Shown: in pieces, positions 1 through 12,390 of the stretch
Layout: the number at the start of each line of letters is the position of its first letter
Numbering within the stretch: position 1 is the stretch's first letter
From: Macrostomum hystrix
Taxonomy: Eukaryota > Animalia > Platyhelminthes
Direction of reading: 5' to 3'
Assembly (NCBI GenBank): GCA_950097015.1
Contig: CATNEN010000007.1
Coordinates: 7,688,001 to 7,752,000, forward strand
Length of the DNA stretch: 64,000 nt
The notes under the pieces: model-generated
Told to the model about the DNA's origin: nothing
What the model saw: the letters and a program-made list of their open reading frames with translations, nothing else
Databases searched by the model: none
Made by a program: the position numbers and the translations under genes

Positions 1-1
1 T

Positions 2-697
2 GAGATTTCTGCTCCTGCAGCTGATCCTACCGCTGCTGCGGCTCCTTCTCCCCCTGGTGCTGCGGCTCCTCCTCCCCCTGCTGCTGCGGCTCCTCCTCCC
101 CCTGCTGCTGCTGTTGCTGTCCAGCCGAGCACTGATTCTGAAGCTCCAATCTGCGGCTTCAAGCGTCAACTGTCGGACAACCCGCAGGACCAGACGGAGC
201 TGGCAGTCAAGCGGCCGCGGACGATGGCTCATGACGAAGCCGCCGACGTCAATGAGGCTACGATTCAGCCGGCGCCGCTGACACCGCGCCCGTTGAACTC
301 GCTCCCAGCGCCTGTGATCGGCACGCCGCCATCTGTGCTGAAGTTGCCGAAGTTCAATGGGCCGGGCACGCCAGGCAGCGGCAGTCAGAACCGGCGCCGG
401 GGTCGGAAGTCGCGCCAGCCTCGCCAGCAGCGGCCGCCGATGACGCCGGTTGCCATAACAACCGCGGCTGCCATTGCCGCCGCTAATCTATCAGCAGCCG
501 CCGCCGCAGCCGACGCGCAATCCGACGAAGGACCCTGCGCCCTGGGCGCCGAGTGCGGCCTACCAGTTGGTCCCAACCTCATGTGGGTCGGCTGCGACCG
601 TTGCCTGGCCTGGTTCCACGCCAAGTGCACCTACTTGGCCGGCTGCAGCGAGGAGGAGCTGGCCGCGGCAGACTTTGTGTGCAACCGGTGCCGATGA
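2..697 (+). CDS. 3' end of a protein with a Pro/Ala-rich linker and C-terminal PHD finger (host chromatin protein or transposon ORF); 5' part lies outside the window
   Basis: The frame of ORF 224..697 is open back to position 2. The C-terminus CALGAEC...WVGCDRCLAWFHAKC...FVCNRC has the C4-H-C3 PHD pattern with the typical W-x-x-CD-x-C-x-x-WFH core. Confidence 0.7.
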   Translation, partial: EISAPAADPTAAAAPSPPGAAAPPPPAAAAPPPPAAAVAVQPSTDSEAPICGFKRQLSDNPQDQTELAVKRPRTMAHDEAADVNEATIQPAPLTPRPLNSLPAPVIGTPPSVLKLPKFNGPGTPGSGSQNRRRGRKSRQPRQQRPPMTPVAITTAAAIAAANLSAAAAAADAQSDEGPCALGAECGLPVGPNLMWVGCDRCLAWFHAKCTYLAGCSEEELAAADFVCNRCR

Positions 698-1297
698 CTC
701 GCCAGCTGATCCCCCATCTCTGCATCTCCGTGAAGGACACGGACTGCAGGGACTCTTATTTAGTCATTACAAGTTTTTTTTAACTTTTATTTTTTTACTT
801 GCTTTCTTACTTAGCTAACTAGCAGAGTCAGCATTTCTCAATCCCATATCTTGATAGGCCATTTTCATTCATTTATCAATCTCTAGCTTTTCTGCATTCA
901 ATTTCTGCTACGCAAATTCATAAACGCTTCTTATCTAATGAAATTCATGCTGGAAAACATCCGAAATTCTGTTACGCCTACTGACAGTAGCATTTTCGAT
1001 TACATTTGTACTTTTTTAATTAAATTTCAAAAAATATATTTGTGTACAATTTAAGTGTTAAGTAAAGTGTCAACACTGATTTTGTTACCAACGCGTGCTA
1101 TAAATTACTGCATTTCTGTAGTGTGCAACAGTTAATAAACTAATAAATGCTCTTTCTGCGATAACAAACTGTGCAATTACCCATGCGTTTCTCCTGCCTG
1201 CTCTTTTTCTCACTTATGAGTTCCAACTTCTAGTGCGTCGAAATATCTTACTTCTAGAAATTTGATTTACTAGAGCTTCAGTTACCTGTTACCTGTA

Positions 1298-2450
1298 CCG
1301 GAACTGGAAACTAACTAGAATTTCGGTTTCGGAACTGGAAACTAACTAGAATTTCGGTTTCGGAAACTGGAAACTAACTAGAAATTCGGTTTCGGGATCT
1401 GGAAACTAACTAAAAATTCGGTTTCGGGATCTGGAAACTAACTAGAATTTCGGTTTCAGGAACTCGAAATTAACTAGAATTTCGGTTTCGGGATCTGGAA
1501 ACTAACTAGAAATTCGGTTTCGGGATCTGGAAACTAAGTAGAATTTCGGTTTCGGAAACTGGAAACTAAATAGAATTTCGGTTTCGGGAACTAAAAACTA
1601 ACTAGAATTTCGGTTTCGGAAACTGGAAACTAACTAGAATTTCGGTTTTGGAAACTGGAAACTAAATTGAATTTCGGTTTCGCGAAATGGAAACTAACTA
1701 GAATTTCGGTTTCGCGAAATGGAAACTAACTAGAATTTCGGTTTCAGGAACTCGAAATTAACTAGAATTTCGGTTTCGGGATCTGGAAAATAACTAGAAA
1801 TTCGGTTTCGGGATCTGGAAACTAAGTAGAATTTCGGTTTCGGAAACTGGAAACTAAATAGAATTTCGGTTTCGGGAACTAAAAACTAACTAGAATTTCG
1901 GTTTCGGAAACTGGAAACTAACTAGAATTTCGGTTTTGGAAACTGGAAACTAAATAGAATTTCGGTTTCGGAAACTGGAAACTAACTAGAATTTCGGTTT
2001 CGGGATCTGGAAAATAACTAGAATTTCGGTTTCGGGATCTGGAAACTAAGTAGAATTTCGGTTTCGGAAACTGGAAACTAAATAGAATTTCGGTTTCGGA
2101 AACTGGAAACTAAATAGAAATTCGGTTTCGGGATCTGGAAACTAACTAAAAATTCGGTTTCGGGATCTGGAAACTAACTAGAATTTCGGTTTCGGAAACT
2201 GGAAACTAACTAGAATTTCGGTTTCAGGAACTCGAAATTAACTAGAATTTCGGTTTCGGGATCTGGAAACTAACTAGAAATTCGGTTTCGGGATCTGGAT
2301 AATAACTAGAATTTCGGTTTCGGAAACTGGAAACTAACTAGAAATTCGGTTTCGGGATCTGGAAAATAACTAGAATTTCGGTTTCGGTATCTGGAATCCA
2401 ACAACAATTCAATTTTCGGGTATCAGCTAGCTAAAATTTAGGTTTCGGAA
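1298..2450. repeat. Minisatellite, ~32-bp unit GGAAACTAACTAGAATTTCGGTTTCGG(GATCT/AAACT), ~35 copies
   Basis: Directly visible tandem units. The variant unit GTTTCAGGAACTCGAAATTA recurs at ~1453, 1741 and 2221, indicating higher-order structure. Confidence 0.95.
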
Positions 2451-2619
2451 CAAAGAATTCTTAATTGTTTGCATTTAAAAGGGCTTTCGTTTTGTTAGTA
2501 AAAAAGTTGCTGTTAAAATGAATACTTTTCTATCGAATCGTCAATGGCTGTTCATGGTTACCCTTGTAAATTTCAGTTTCTCAAAGAAAAGTGGTTAAAC
2601 AGTTTATCAAAGGTTGCTA

Positions 2620-4225
2620 ATGGACCTCGACTTGGTTCTCAGCACTCTGCGGCTTGTCTCGCTGCGCTCTGTCACTGAAGGCGGCGTCAAGACTGCCAGC
2701 AGCAAGTCGTTGACATCGGCTGTCAACGGGGACGCACAGCTGCTTAGAGAAGTTCGCAGCGGTGAGATAATAGCAGTTTTCTAATCTGAGACACGCAGTT
2801 TAAAGTACTTTTCAGTTTTATTCCATTTTTTCAGAGCTGCAACAGGCGGGCTCCGCTGCCGGCTCGCCGCTTGACAAATTCTACAAAATACTACTGGAAA
2901 TATCTCAGCCATGTGAGTTGTATCATGCGCGCATGTGGCTATTATCAGAGATATTAGCTTATTAATAGCAACAGCGAAACCAACTGTTGACACAGTCCTA
3001 TATCAGTCCTGTATGTCCGGTCCTATATCAGGAATTTTATTTGATTAACTTGACAATTTTTTCATTTTTTCTGCCGCCAGTTTCATCAATTCGTAATGAC
3101 ATGCTGCATAGAAAATAGGAAAAAAGGAAAATGAATTTCACGAGTTCATGAATTCCTGTTGACCAAATGGAGGAAAAAATTGATTGGAATGCTACATGTA
3201 CTCTGGCAGAACTATATTTGTCGTTCTGGCTTCATTCTATTGGCTGTTAAATGACATAGACAAAAATATTTTCTTGTACTTTTTCATTACAAGCTCGTTT
3301 TCAGATTTTTCAGACATTTTGTCTATGGCCCAAACATTTTTCAACAAACATCACTGCCTTAGCTACCCTGACTGTTCGGTCCGTTAAATTCAAGATAAGG
3401 GCTGAAATTTTCAATTCTCTGTCCGATGAAACAACTTCCAGAATCACAAAACATCGGCATCATCGAGATATTCCACGATTCTCGTCTGGGTGTCTAGTGG
3501 CAAAAACTATTAATTTAGGCAAAAAATTTCTGCTCATAAATTTGTAATCATGTCGGCTATTATTGTTGACGATTGTATTGATTATAAAATTTACCTTTTT
3601 AATTTTGAACCAATATAGATTCGCCGAATAGGCTTATGCTGAGCAATGTTATTTGTCCTTGCCACCAGGGTCTTCGACAATAATCACTGAATATCTCGAC
3701 TATGGTTACTAGGACAGCTTTTAATGTCAGCCCATCGTAAAGGGTGGAAAATTTGGATCCATTTGGTGGAGTGTCACGAAAATCGGTCATTCGTTTCGGG
3801 AGCTATCGTGAAGTTGGCAGTTAAAATTGTTTTCAATGGCTATTAATTTGTATCTGAAGCTATTTCAGTTCTAGCTGTGTGTCTCCAATATTTTCTCCTC
3901 CTCGTCCGCAGTCGCCTGGGACAATGTCGCTGACTATGGCGTCGCCAATCCTCGCCGGCGTCACGAGCATCAAGGAGAAGAGTTCGATCTGATCAGCTTC
4001 CAGGTATTGTGCCGCGGCTACCTGCTAGTTGTTGAAGTGTCCGCCAACTGTGCCAGCGGGAATCAATCGCCAATTGTTAGTGTTACCTGCGAGCCAGCCC
4101 TGCCGGAGCTGCTGCCGTTCTGGCCGCGACTGGCCAAGCTTGCGGCCGACGATGACGGCCGATCCGTTGACAGCGTGCGTTGCCTAATGTCCGAGCTGGC
4201 CTCGGTTCTGGACTCTGCTGCCTAG
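2620..4225 (+). CDS. Hypothetical two-exon gene, ~151 aa, no recognised family
   Basis: Exon 1 is 2620-2761 (ATG...AGC G|gtgaga). Exon 2 is 3912-4225, after a polypyrimidine tract ending ccgcag. The phases match (1/1) and join into ORF 4007..4225. Both segments are GC-rich islands in AT-rich DNA. Confidence 0.55.
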
Positions 4226-4397
4226 TGACTGTCTGTAATTTGGATTAACCTAAAACTGGCTTGATCAAAGCGTACTTTAGAGTGACTAAATAGCTAATTA
4301 GTGGATTCTAGGGGGGCTTCTTAACAATGAGATTAGCCTATAATGATTTATAGAAGGACTTAGTATTTATGGAGTTCTGGATTGATAGATAGAAATT

Positions 4398-4740
4398 GGA
4401 GTGACCAAATGGAAATGGGAGTGACCTAATGGGAATGGCAGTGACCTAATGGGAATGGGAGTCACCAAGTGGAAATTGTAACGACCAAATGGAAATGGGA
4501 GTGACTTAATGGAAATAGGAGTGACCTAATGGAAATAGGAGTGCCCTAATGGAAATAGGAGTGCCCTAATGGAAATAGGAGTGCCCTAATGGAAATAGGA
4601 GTGACCTAATGGAAATAGGAGTGCCCTAATGGAAATAGGAGTGACCTAATGGAAATAGGAGTGCCCTAATGGAAATAGGAGTGCCCTAATGGAAATAGGA
4701 GTGACCAAATGGAAATGGGAGTAACTTGGAATAGAAGTGA
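4398..4740. repeat. Minisatellite, 20-bp unit GTG(A/C)CCTAATGGAAATAGGA
   Basis: Visible tandem array of ~16 copies, degenerate at the edges. Confidence 0.95.
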
Positions 4741-5515
4741 CTTCATAGACATGGGAGTGACTTGGTGGACACGGCAGTAACTTGATCGAACAGGTCACTC
4801 CTATGTCTTCCAATTAGCCACAGTGTCTTGAACGAGTGAAATCTGCTTATAGAAAATAATACTAGCAGTAAAGTTTTGCATTTCCTGTTGCTTGAGCATT
4901 TCATTAGTAAGCCGCATGCACTTTTAGTATCGCAATGTTTACCATATGATACTGAATGCATTATAAATAATATAGCAGTGATGTTGCTGTGCACTCTTAT
5001 TAGCAACGCATTGACTTTGGCGCAACTGTTTAATGTTTAATTAATGCTTATTTTGAGTTGATCCTTTCTGGTATTTGAGCAGTGCAAATCGGTAGTACAC
5101 AAGGTGCACACTGCATTATTCACACTGAGCTGGCCGGATTATCCCAGATCCCAATGAAGAGAACTATTTGAGGATTTGATGGCTGAATAATGTAAACTGA
5201 CAATGGGAGTAATTGGAAAATTGCCCAAACCCCCCGTCTGCTAAAGGGAGAGCAGGTCCTCATCCTCCTCAAGCTGCTGACGCACTTGAGCTGCTCAGCA
5301 CTGCTCAGCCTGAGCCTGAGCAAATCAGATGCGTACTCGCCTCCCTCCCCAACACGGCCGCCCCCTCCCCTGCTGTATAAAAATGGGCTTCTCTGAGGCC
5401 GACAGTCTCACGCAGCCCAGCAGCATGGATAAGGCTGATCCCGCCAATTAAACAGCGGCTTTGGCTTGCTCCCCGCCCGTTGCTTTAATCTGAAAACTCC
5501 TCGCCAGCTGCTCGC

Positions 5516-8500
5516 ATGGCTGAGAACGGTGTCTCCGGCGAGCCTCACAGAGAGCCGGCAGCCCCGCCCGACGCGGAGATCGTTGCCAATGGATACCGGT
5601 GAGAAATCGCCTTATCTTTACCTTTGCTTCCCCCGAGCTTGGCTTATGCAGCTCGGCGAAGTCGCGTGACTTTTCTCAGCTTTCAGGCTGACGGGCTCGG
5701 TCACGAACTCGGGGTGCGGGAAACCTGCTTTGACAACACGTCTGGTTTGCAGAAGCAGAAAAATGTTAGTTCCAAAGTCCAAAGCAATCTTTGGATTAGA
5801 TGGATTTGCCTGTTAAACTCGATGCTAGCGAGCTGTTCCTAAGCTCTTCTTCATTAGGTGGAGCTCGGCAGCAACTCCTCCCCAACCGTACACCTTTCCC
5901 TTAATCACTTTCCCCGTCTCCCCTGCCCTGTCTTCACACCTTTGTTCTCCCGCTCTCAGCCTCCTTGCCTCATCATTATCTAGGAGCTCATGTCTGAAAA
6001 GATCTCCAGATTCATCGAGTGGCCATTTTTCCAAGCTTTTCCCACCTTTCACACGTCCTGTACTCAAGTGAGCTCAACCGAAACTGCGCCGCCCGCCCCT
6101 CCTCCGCTCATGGCGCAGCCGCACCCTGCCAGCGGAGATGCCGGCCAGGGCCGACTTCAGCGCCTGGAGCATCCTGAAGAACTGCGTCGGCAAGGTTCGT
6201 GCGGTTCTCGCTGAGTGTTTGCCGTCTTTGGATCATCGTTGCTATGGTTACCCTCTCGCGTACTTGCAGGGCTGTTGCAGCGAGGCTCGCGAATTGCACT
6301 GATCGCTTTTAGTGGGCTGGCGAATCTATGCGAGCTCAGGCTGCTAATTGCTAAGCTGGGAAAATTGCACCCGAGCTGGCTCACCAGGCCCCTCAATTTC
6401 CTCCCCATGCCTTCTCTTCCCCTCCTCTCCCAATCTTCCTTGTCCTTAATCTCGATGTCCCCAGGCAGCCGGGACTTCAAAGGAGCTCAGCGCACTGGGG
6501 GCCACATAGGGTCACCGGCCCAGCATTGCTCAAGGTCAGGCTAAGCCCGCTGACGGGACTCAAAATGCAACACTAAGCCAATCAGAGGGAATCGAGCCGT
6601 CACCCACCCCCTCCCAACGCCCAGCGCATCAGTCAGCTAAAGTCCTTCTACTCGTAGGAGTCTCTGCTCAGATTAATTATCACGAAATGCACCACCCTGC
6701 ATCCCGTGCAAATCCCGTGCTAATCCGCTGCTAATCCGCTGCTAATCTGAGTCTGCTTTATTTGCCAAGTTTGAGCTGAAGCAATTTTGCCTCACCTGCC
6801 TGTTGCCGCCGAATTCCCTAGACGGTGCCTAAAGAATGCTGTTAGTTTGTTAGATAAAATGGAAAACAACTGGAATTATTCGCTTTAGCTTTGGCCCCTG
6901 TCACACCTTTGCTTCGCTAATGCGTTCGGAATTCAGCTTGTTTGGCCATCGGCTGTAAAGTAGCTGTAAAGACAGCCCAACCTCCGGCCTCGAACCCGCG
7001 ACCTTCTCCGCAATTTCTCCTAGGAACTGACTCGCATCGCCATGCCGGTGAATTTCAACGAGCCGCTGTCGTTTCTGCAGCGCATCTGCGAGTACCTGGA
7101 GTACTCTGAGTTGCTTTTCCGGGCTGAGCAATGCGACAGCCCCGTGGAGAGACTGGAGGTGAGCGATTCACTGCACTCAACTCTGGGGTTATTAAAAACT
7201 AAGGCTACTAAACCTGACACCCGCAGTTGATAGCGGCATTCGCAGTGTCCGCCACCTCCTCGAACTGGGACCGCCTGGGAAAGCCCTTCAATCCGCTGCT
7301 GGGCGAGACCTACGAGATTGACAGGTGAGCCGCGGTAGTGACTAACAATCTGTCCACCTGGCAAACCACCCACCACCTTTTATACCACCCAATCCACCCG
7401 TCAAACCATCTACTCACCTGTCAAACCATCTACTCACCTGTCAAACCATCCATCCACCCACCTTGTAAACCACCCACCCACCTGTCAAACCATCCACCCG
7501 CCTGGCAAACCACCCACCCACCTGTCAAACCATCTAGCCAAATGGCAAACCATCCAGTCACCTGTCAAACCATCCACTAATCCACTAAGCTCCAACAATC
7601 TGTAAGCTTGTCAAACCACCCAACACCTGTCAAACCATCCACTGCCTGTCAAACCATCCACTAACCTGTCCAACAATCTGCAAACCTGTCAAAACATCCA
7701 CCCACCTGTCAAACCATTCACCCACATGTCAAACCATCCAGCCATATGTCAAACTATCCAGCCACCTGTCAAACCATCCAGCCACCTGTCAAACCATCCA
7801 GTCACCTGTGAAACCATCCAGCCACCTATCAAACCATCCAGCCACCTGTCAAACCATCCAGCCACCTGTCAAACCATCCAGCCACCTGTCAAACCATCCA
7901 GCCACCTGTCAAACCATCCAGCCACCTGTCAAACCATCCAGCCACCTGTCAAACCATCCAGCCACCTGTCAAACCATCCAGCCACCTGTCAAACCATCCA
8001 GCCACCTGTCAAACCATCCAGCCACCTGTCAAACCATCCAGCCAATTCCGTCACAAACCCCGGAATGCCTCCAGTTTTACAGCTGGTGAAACTGGCAGTT
8101 AAAAGTGCATTTTGAGCTGCTTCAGGTCGGACCTCACCGGGAGGAGGTGGGGTGGGCGTACCCAGGTCGATGCCGTTGCATTGTCCGCAGCGGGCAGCGC
8201 TGCAGAAGCTGTGCGCAGAAGCTGTGAAGAGGGAGGCGAGAGATGCGGATGCGGATCGCTTGGAGACCGGGCCGGGCTGACCTTAAACTCCCCCCCGGTC
8301 GTGCCTCAACACGCAGCGCTGGGTGGCAACTGGCATTCCCTCCCCCATCACAAGCCTCTCTGGCAGCCGCTGCGTCCACTCGCTGCAAGGTACAAACCGA
8401 GGCCTCAGCTGAGCTGCATACATTTATTAAGCACAGATGAGAATGCCTATGTTGGGACAGTCGGCTGGTGAGAAAACAGGGATCAAGGAAAATCGATTAG

Positions 8501-11500
8501 TGTGAACAAAGTGCATTGTTCCCAGCATGGAGCTCAAACTGCAGGTCCGTTACTGCAACATCTAAAGATAATTTGCACTTTTACGTGTTTCTATGAAACT
8601 TTTTAACCAAGTAAAATGAGATTTCTAAAACATCTGAGCACCCACTGAGCCATAAGTGCAGCCGATAGCACAGCCGCTGCGCATCTTAAGCCTATGTACA
8701 GCTGTTCAGTCCATGGACTTTGGGGGGGTGGGCGTCGTACCCTTGATTATCCCAGCTAATGCCCGAATTTAAAAGCTGATTGAATTGAAGCAATTAAGTT
8801 TTGTGAATCTTGCAAACAGGCGCAATTTTTTCCGTCGAGTCTAGAATCGAACCCTCGACCTTTAAGTTGCGAGTCCAACGCTCTTGCCACTTGGCTACAA
8901 ACCATTAGATAATAGGTAGATAGCTATGTAGGCAGGTATGTAGTTCTGCACTCAAAGCATTGGATAGTAGCTAAAATTCCACACGGCAAGTAACGATCCG
9001 AGAGTAGAGAAGCAAGAAGAAGGGGCTGAGCACAGTAGGTGAGTGAGAGTGCAGCCAGCAAAGTCGCAGTCGCAGGGGGAGCAGACAGTGAGAGCACTTG
9101 AGAGAAATTTGTCTCGGCTGAACTGGGGGGGGCGGGGGGAAGGGAACGGGAGGCTAATGGACCGTCAGCCGGCCCGACTGAGCCGATCAATAATTGATTT
9201 GCAGTGGTGGGAGGTGGCGGGGGCCCAGCCGGAATTCTGGCCTAAAAAAAGATGGCGCACCGGGATGGCAGCGGGAGGCCGCACGAGTTGCCGGGCGTTT
9301 CTGAGCGGCTATAAAAACTGGCGTCCCCGGACTCAACGCGTTCTAATTTTTACATGTACTGAATCATTATCTTGACATGCTCTGGCCAAGGGAAGCACTG
9401 CGTCCTTCTTCGCAGCTGTCACCTCTCCTCTCTTCCCCTCTCCCTAAATAAGTAAATAATTGTAAGTCCAAATCCCTAACGCCAGCGACGGCTTCCGCAT
9501 GCTCTGCGAGCAAGTCTCGCACCATCCGCCAATCAGCGCCTTCCACGCCGAAGCAGCCGACGGCTCCTGGCGCTTCCATGGCAGCGTGACGCCCCGCCTG
9601 AGCTTCTGGGGCAAGTCTGTGGAGGTGTGTCCGAAGGGCTGGGTGACGCTTGAGTTTCCGCGGCGCAGCGAGGTCTACACTTGGCAGAATGTGCAGTGCA
9701 AAATTCACAACATCATCATCGGCAAGATGTGGATTGAGCACGTGAGTGCTCACCTGGGTTACAAAAATCTCACCAGCGATTTTTTATCTGAGTACTGTGA
9801 ACCACCTCTAAATTGTGCGCCCGCAGTTCGGCGACATGACCATCACCTGCCATGGCAGCGGCCGCAAGGTGGAGCTCAGCTGGCACCCGGCCTCCTGGCT
9901 CAGCCCCAGCCACCACCGGGTCGACGGCTATGTCTTCGACGAGAACGGCCGGAAAGTACGGGCTCTCTACGGCAAATGGGTCGAGGCCATGTTCAGGTGA
10001 GTCTCGGGCACTAATGAGGCTGAGGCTCAGTGACTGAATTAGAGAAATCGAGAAATCGAGTCAGCCAATCAGAGATGTGCGAGGCGACGAAAAGACGACT
10101 AGGCCATGGAATATCAGGGATGGGGCTTGCAAGAGCCAATCACAGCCCGTGCAAGGCAGACAAGAAATGGGGATGGCTCATTGTGAGATGAAACCAAGCC
10201 AATCAGCTGCTGCGTTGGGGAAGAAAATAAGAGACGTGGGATGGGGGCATGGTGGGGGCGTGACTTACGAGCGGGAAATAATGAAAATCAGCTAACGTAA
10301 TTTTTTACTTGCACTTTTCTATCGCGATAGGCCTTCAGTTAAAAATAAAAGTGCATAGTAGTCATCACAAAGTAGCACTTGAGGCTTGCTACTGTCGGCA
10401 CATCCGGCTGTGCCATCCAGAGCGGAAGGCAGAGATTTGGCAGCTGAGACAGCGGCTTAGCCGTTCCTCAGTTGCTCTCAACGCCCACCCCACCCTGCTC
10501 CAGCGAGGTCGCTAAAGCTGGATCGAACAGGTGCAAAAATGAATCGTACGCGGTGTTCATGCATTCGATAAACTGTCCATCTGCAACTGCTGGGAATTGA
10601 TGAGGCTTTGGATGTGCTCAGCTTGGGAGCCTGAAAGAGTTCTCTGCTCTCACTCAGTTCAGCTGTCGGGTTTTTCAACTCTGCGAGTATTTTCGACCCC
10701 CAAGCTGGTGCTCACACTCTCATGTAGAAATACTATGAAAATCCAGAAGCACACAGATTATTAAATTGATTGAATCAGACTTGATTCTAGAGCTAGTAAG
10801 AGGCGATCAGCCCTATGGGGACACGGTGGCACTCTCCGCATCCTTAAATGAGGATCTGACGTCACTCCCTGCCCACAGTCTGCCAGTGGAAGCCTGGAAG
10901 GAGCACAAACGCGTCGGCGGCAGCTCCGGCAGCCAGACATCGCGCAGTCGGCACCAGCAGCAGCGCAGCTCCGCGTCTCCCAGCAATGGAAGCCTGAAGC
11001 TGCGTCCTTCCAGCTTCAAATCAAACGTCGCTGCTAGCGAGGAGGCGTCATCGCGCAAGGCGGCCAGCGACAGCGAGGACGGCCAGGCCAGTCCACCGAG
11101 TCGCGGCTCGGTCGCCGACCTTCAACTTTCTGGACAGCGACTTCTCTGGGAGCAGAGGCCGCGGCCGCTGGGCTGCGAGCGGTACTACAGCTTCACCCAG
11201 TACGCAATGCAGCTCAACGACTGCTCAGACGCCAGCCTCATGGCTCGCCTGCCACCAACCGACGCGCGTCGCAAGCCGGACTTACGCGCCTTGGAGGCCG
11301 GTGACCTGGCGCTGGCGCAGTCGGAGAAGTCGCGCCTAGAAGAGAAACAGCGCCGCAGCCGTCAGTTGCAGACAGACTCGGATGGCGTCTGGTTCAAGCG
11401 GTGGCGGAATCCGCACACTGGAAAGGATGGCGATTGGCGCTTCACCGGCGACTACTGGGCCCGCGACTGGACCCGCTGCCCCGACATCTACTCATTGGCT

Positions 11501-11506
11501 GACTAA
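5516..11506 (+). CDS. OSBPL1A/OSBPL2: Oxysterol-binding protein-related protein, short ORD-only form (ORP1S/ORP2-like), ~481 aa, 7 exons
   Basis: Exons 5516-5598, 6119-6194, 7024-7158, 7227-7324, 9486-9741, 9827-9996, 10879-11506; all GT-AG with matching phases. Motifs: RTLP..M....[45 protein letters not shown], the OSBP signature [32 protein letters not shown], and C-terminal YW.RDWT.CPDIY. TATAAA lies at ~5376. Confidence 0.9.
7345..8045. repeat. Intronic minisatellite, 20-bp unit CACCTGTCAAACCATCCAGC
   Basis: Tandem units begin ~20 bp after the donor at 7325. The array is degenerate on the left and homogeneous on the right. Confidence 0.95.
8648..8899 (-). mobile_element. tRNA-derived SINE (CORE-like) copy
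   Basis: Minus strand reads TAGCCAAGTGGCAAGAGCG (A-box) and GGTTCGATTC (B-box), then GCAAGATTCACAAAACTTAATTGCTTCAATTCAATCAGCT, then the shared AGTCCATGGACTGAACAGC and GCGGCTGTGCTATCGGCTGCAC tail. Confidence 0.7.
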
Positions 11507-12390
11507 CCACGTCGAACGGTTTACTCTTATTGGTCTCAAAGTTCACAGCCAATAAGAGCCAAATGGTGGTAGAAAGTGGATTAAGTTCAGTGAGGTTGGT
11601 TCGTCTACAATTTACTACCTATTGGTCGAGGAGTTGACAGCCAATCAGAGCGGAAATGGGGGGGCGGGTGGAATGAGGTTGGTTCACTAGGATTAGAGAA
11701 TTAGTGCTAAGTTGTCCACTAATCGATCATGAAGTTGACAGCTAATTAGAGAGTCGATGAGGTAGAAAGTCGAGTGAGGTTGGTTCGTCCGAATGAGAAT
11801 GAGTGTGCTTCACTGCTTCTATCCTTGGATAGTTTGGATTGACTTAATTTACTCTCGTACCCACTGAATCCTGACATGTAAAACAATCATTTTTACTGCA
11901 AACATTCGCACCGCGATATCTCGCTTATCACTTGCCAATTTGCAAGCTCTGCAACATCTGGCAAGGCTCAACAAGTTTATATGATATTGCTTCTGTCCCC
12001 ACGCTTAAATCACACAGACCTGAATTTGTATGTCGCACTCCCGATACCGTATGACAATTTACTACTTCATACAAAACCAATACTTTCTTAACAACAGAAA
12101 AATATCTCGCCGTCATCTTACGTATTTAACAGTAGTACAACAGTAGCGAACTGCGAGAAACAAAAAAAGAGCGGCTATAAAGTGCATTGTAAATTTATTG
12201 ACTGACTTCTTAATAAGGAGAAAATTTAACAAAAGCAATGAGAATAATTTTACAGATTCATTAAAATAATCTACAGAATCATTAGCGTGTCCTCAGGTCA
12301 TTTTAGGAGGGAGATCTTTAGAATAATGTCATTCTGCTTGAAAGGTTTTGAGAATGGGATTGATAATGAGAATACTCTCCCATTCAGGCC

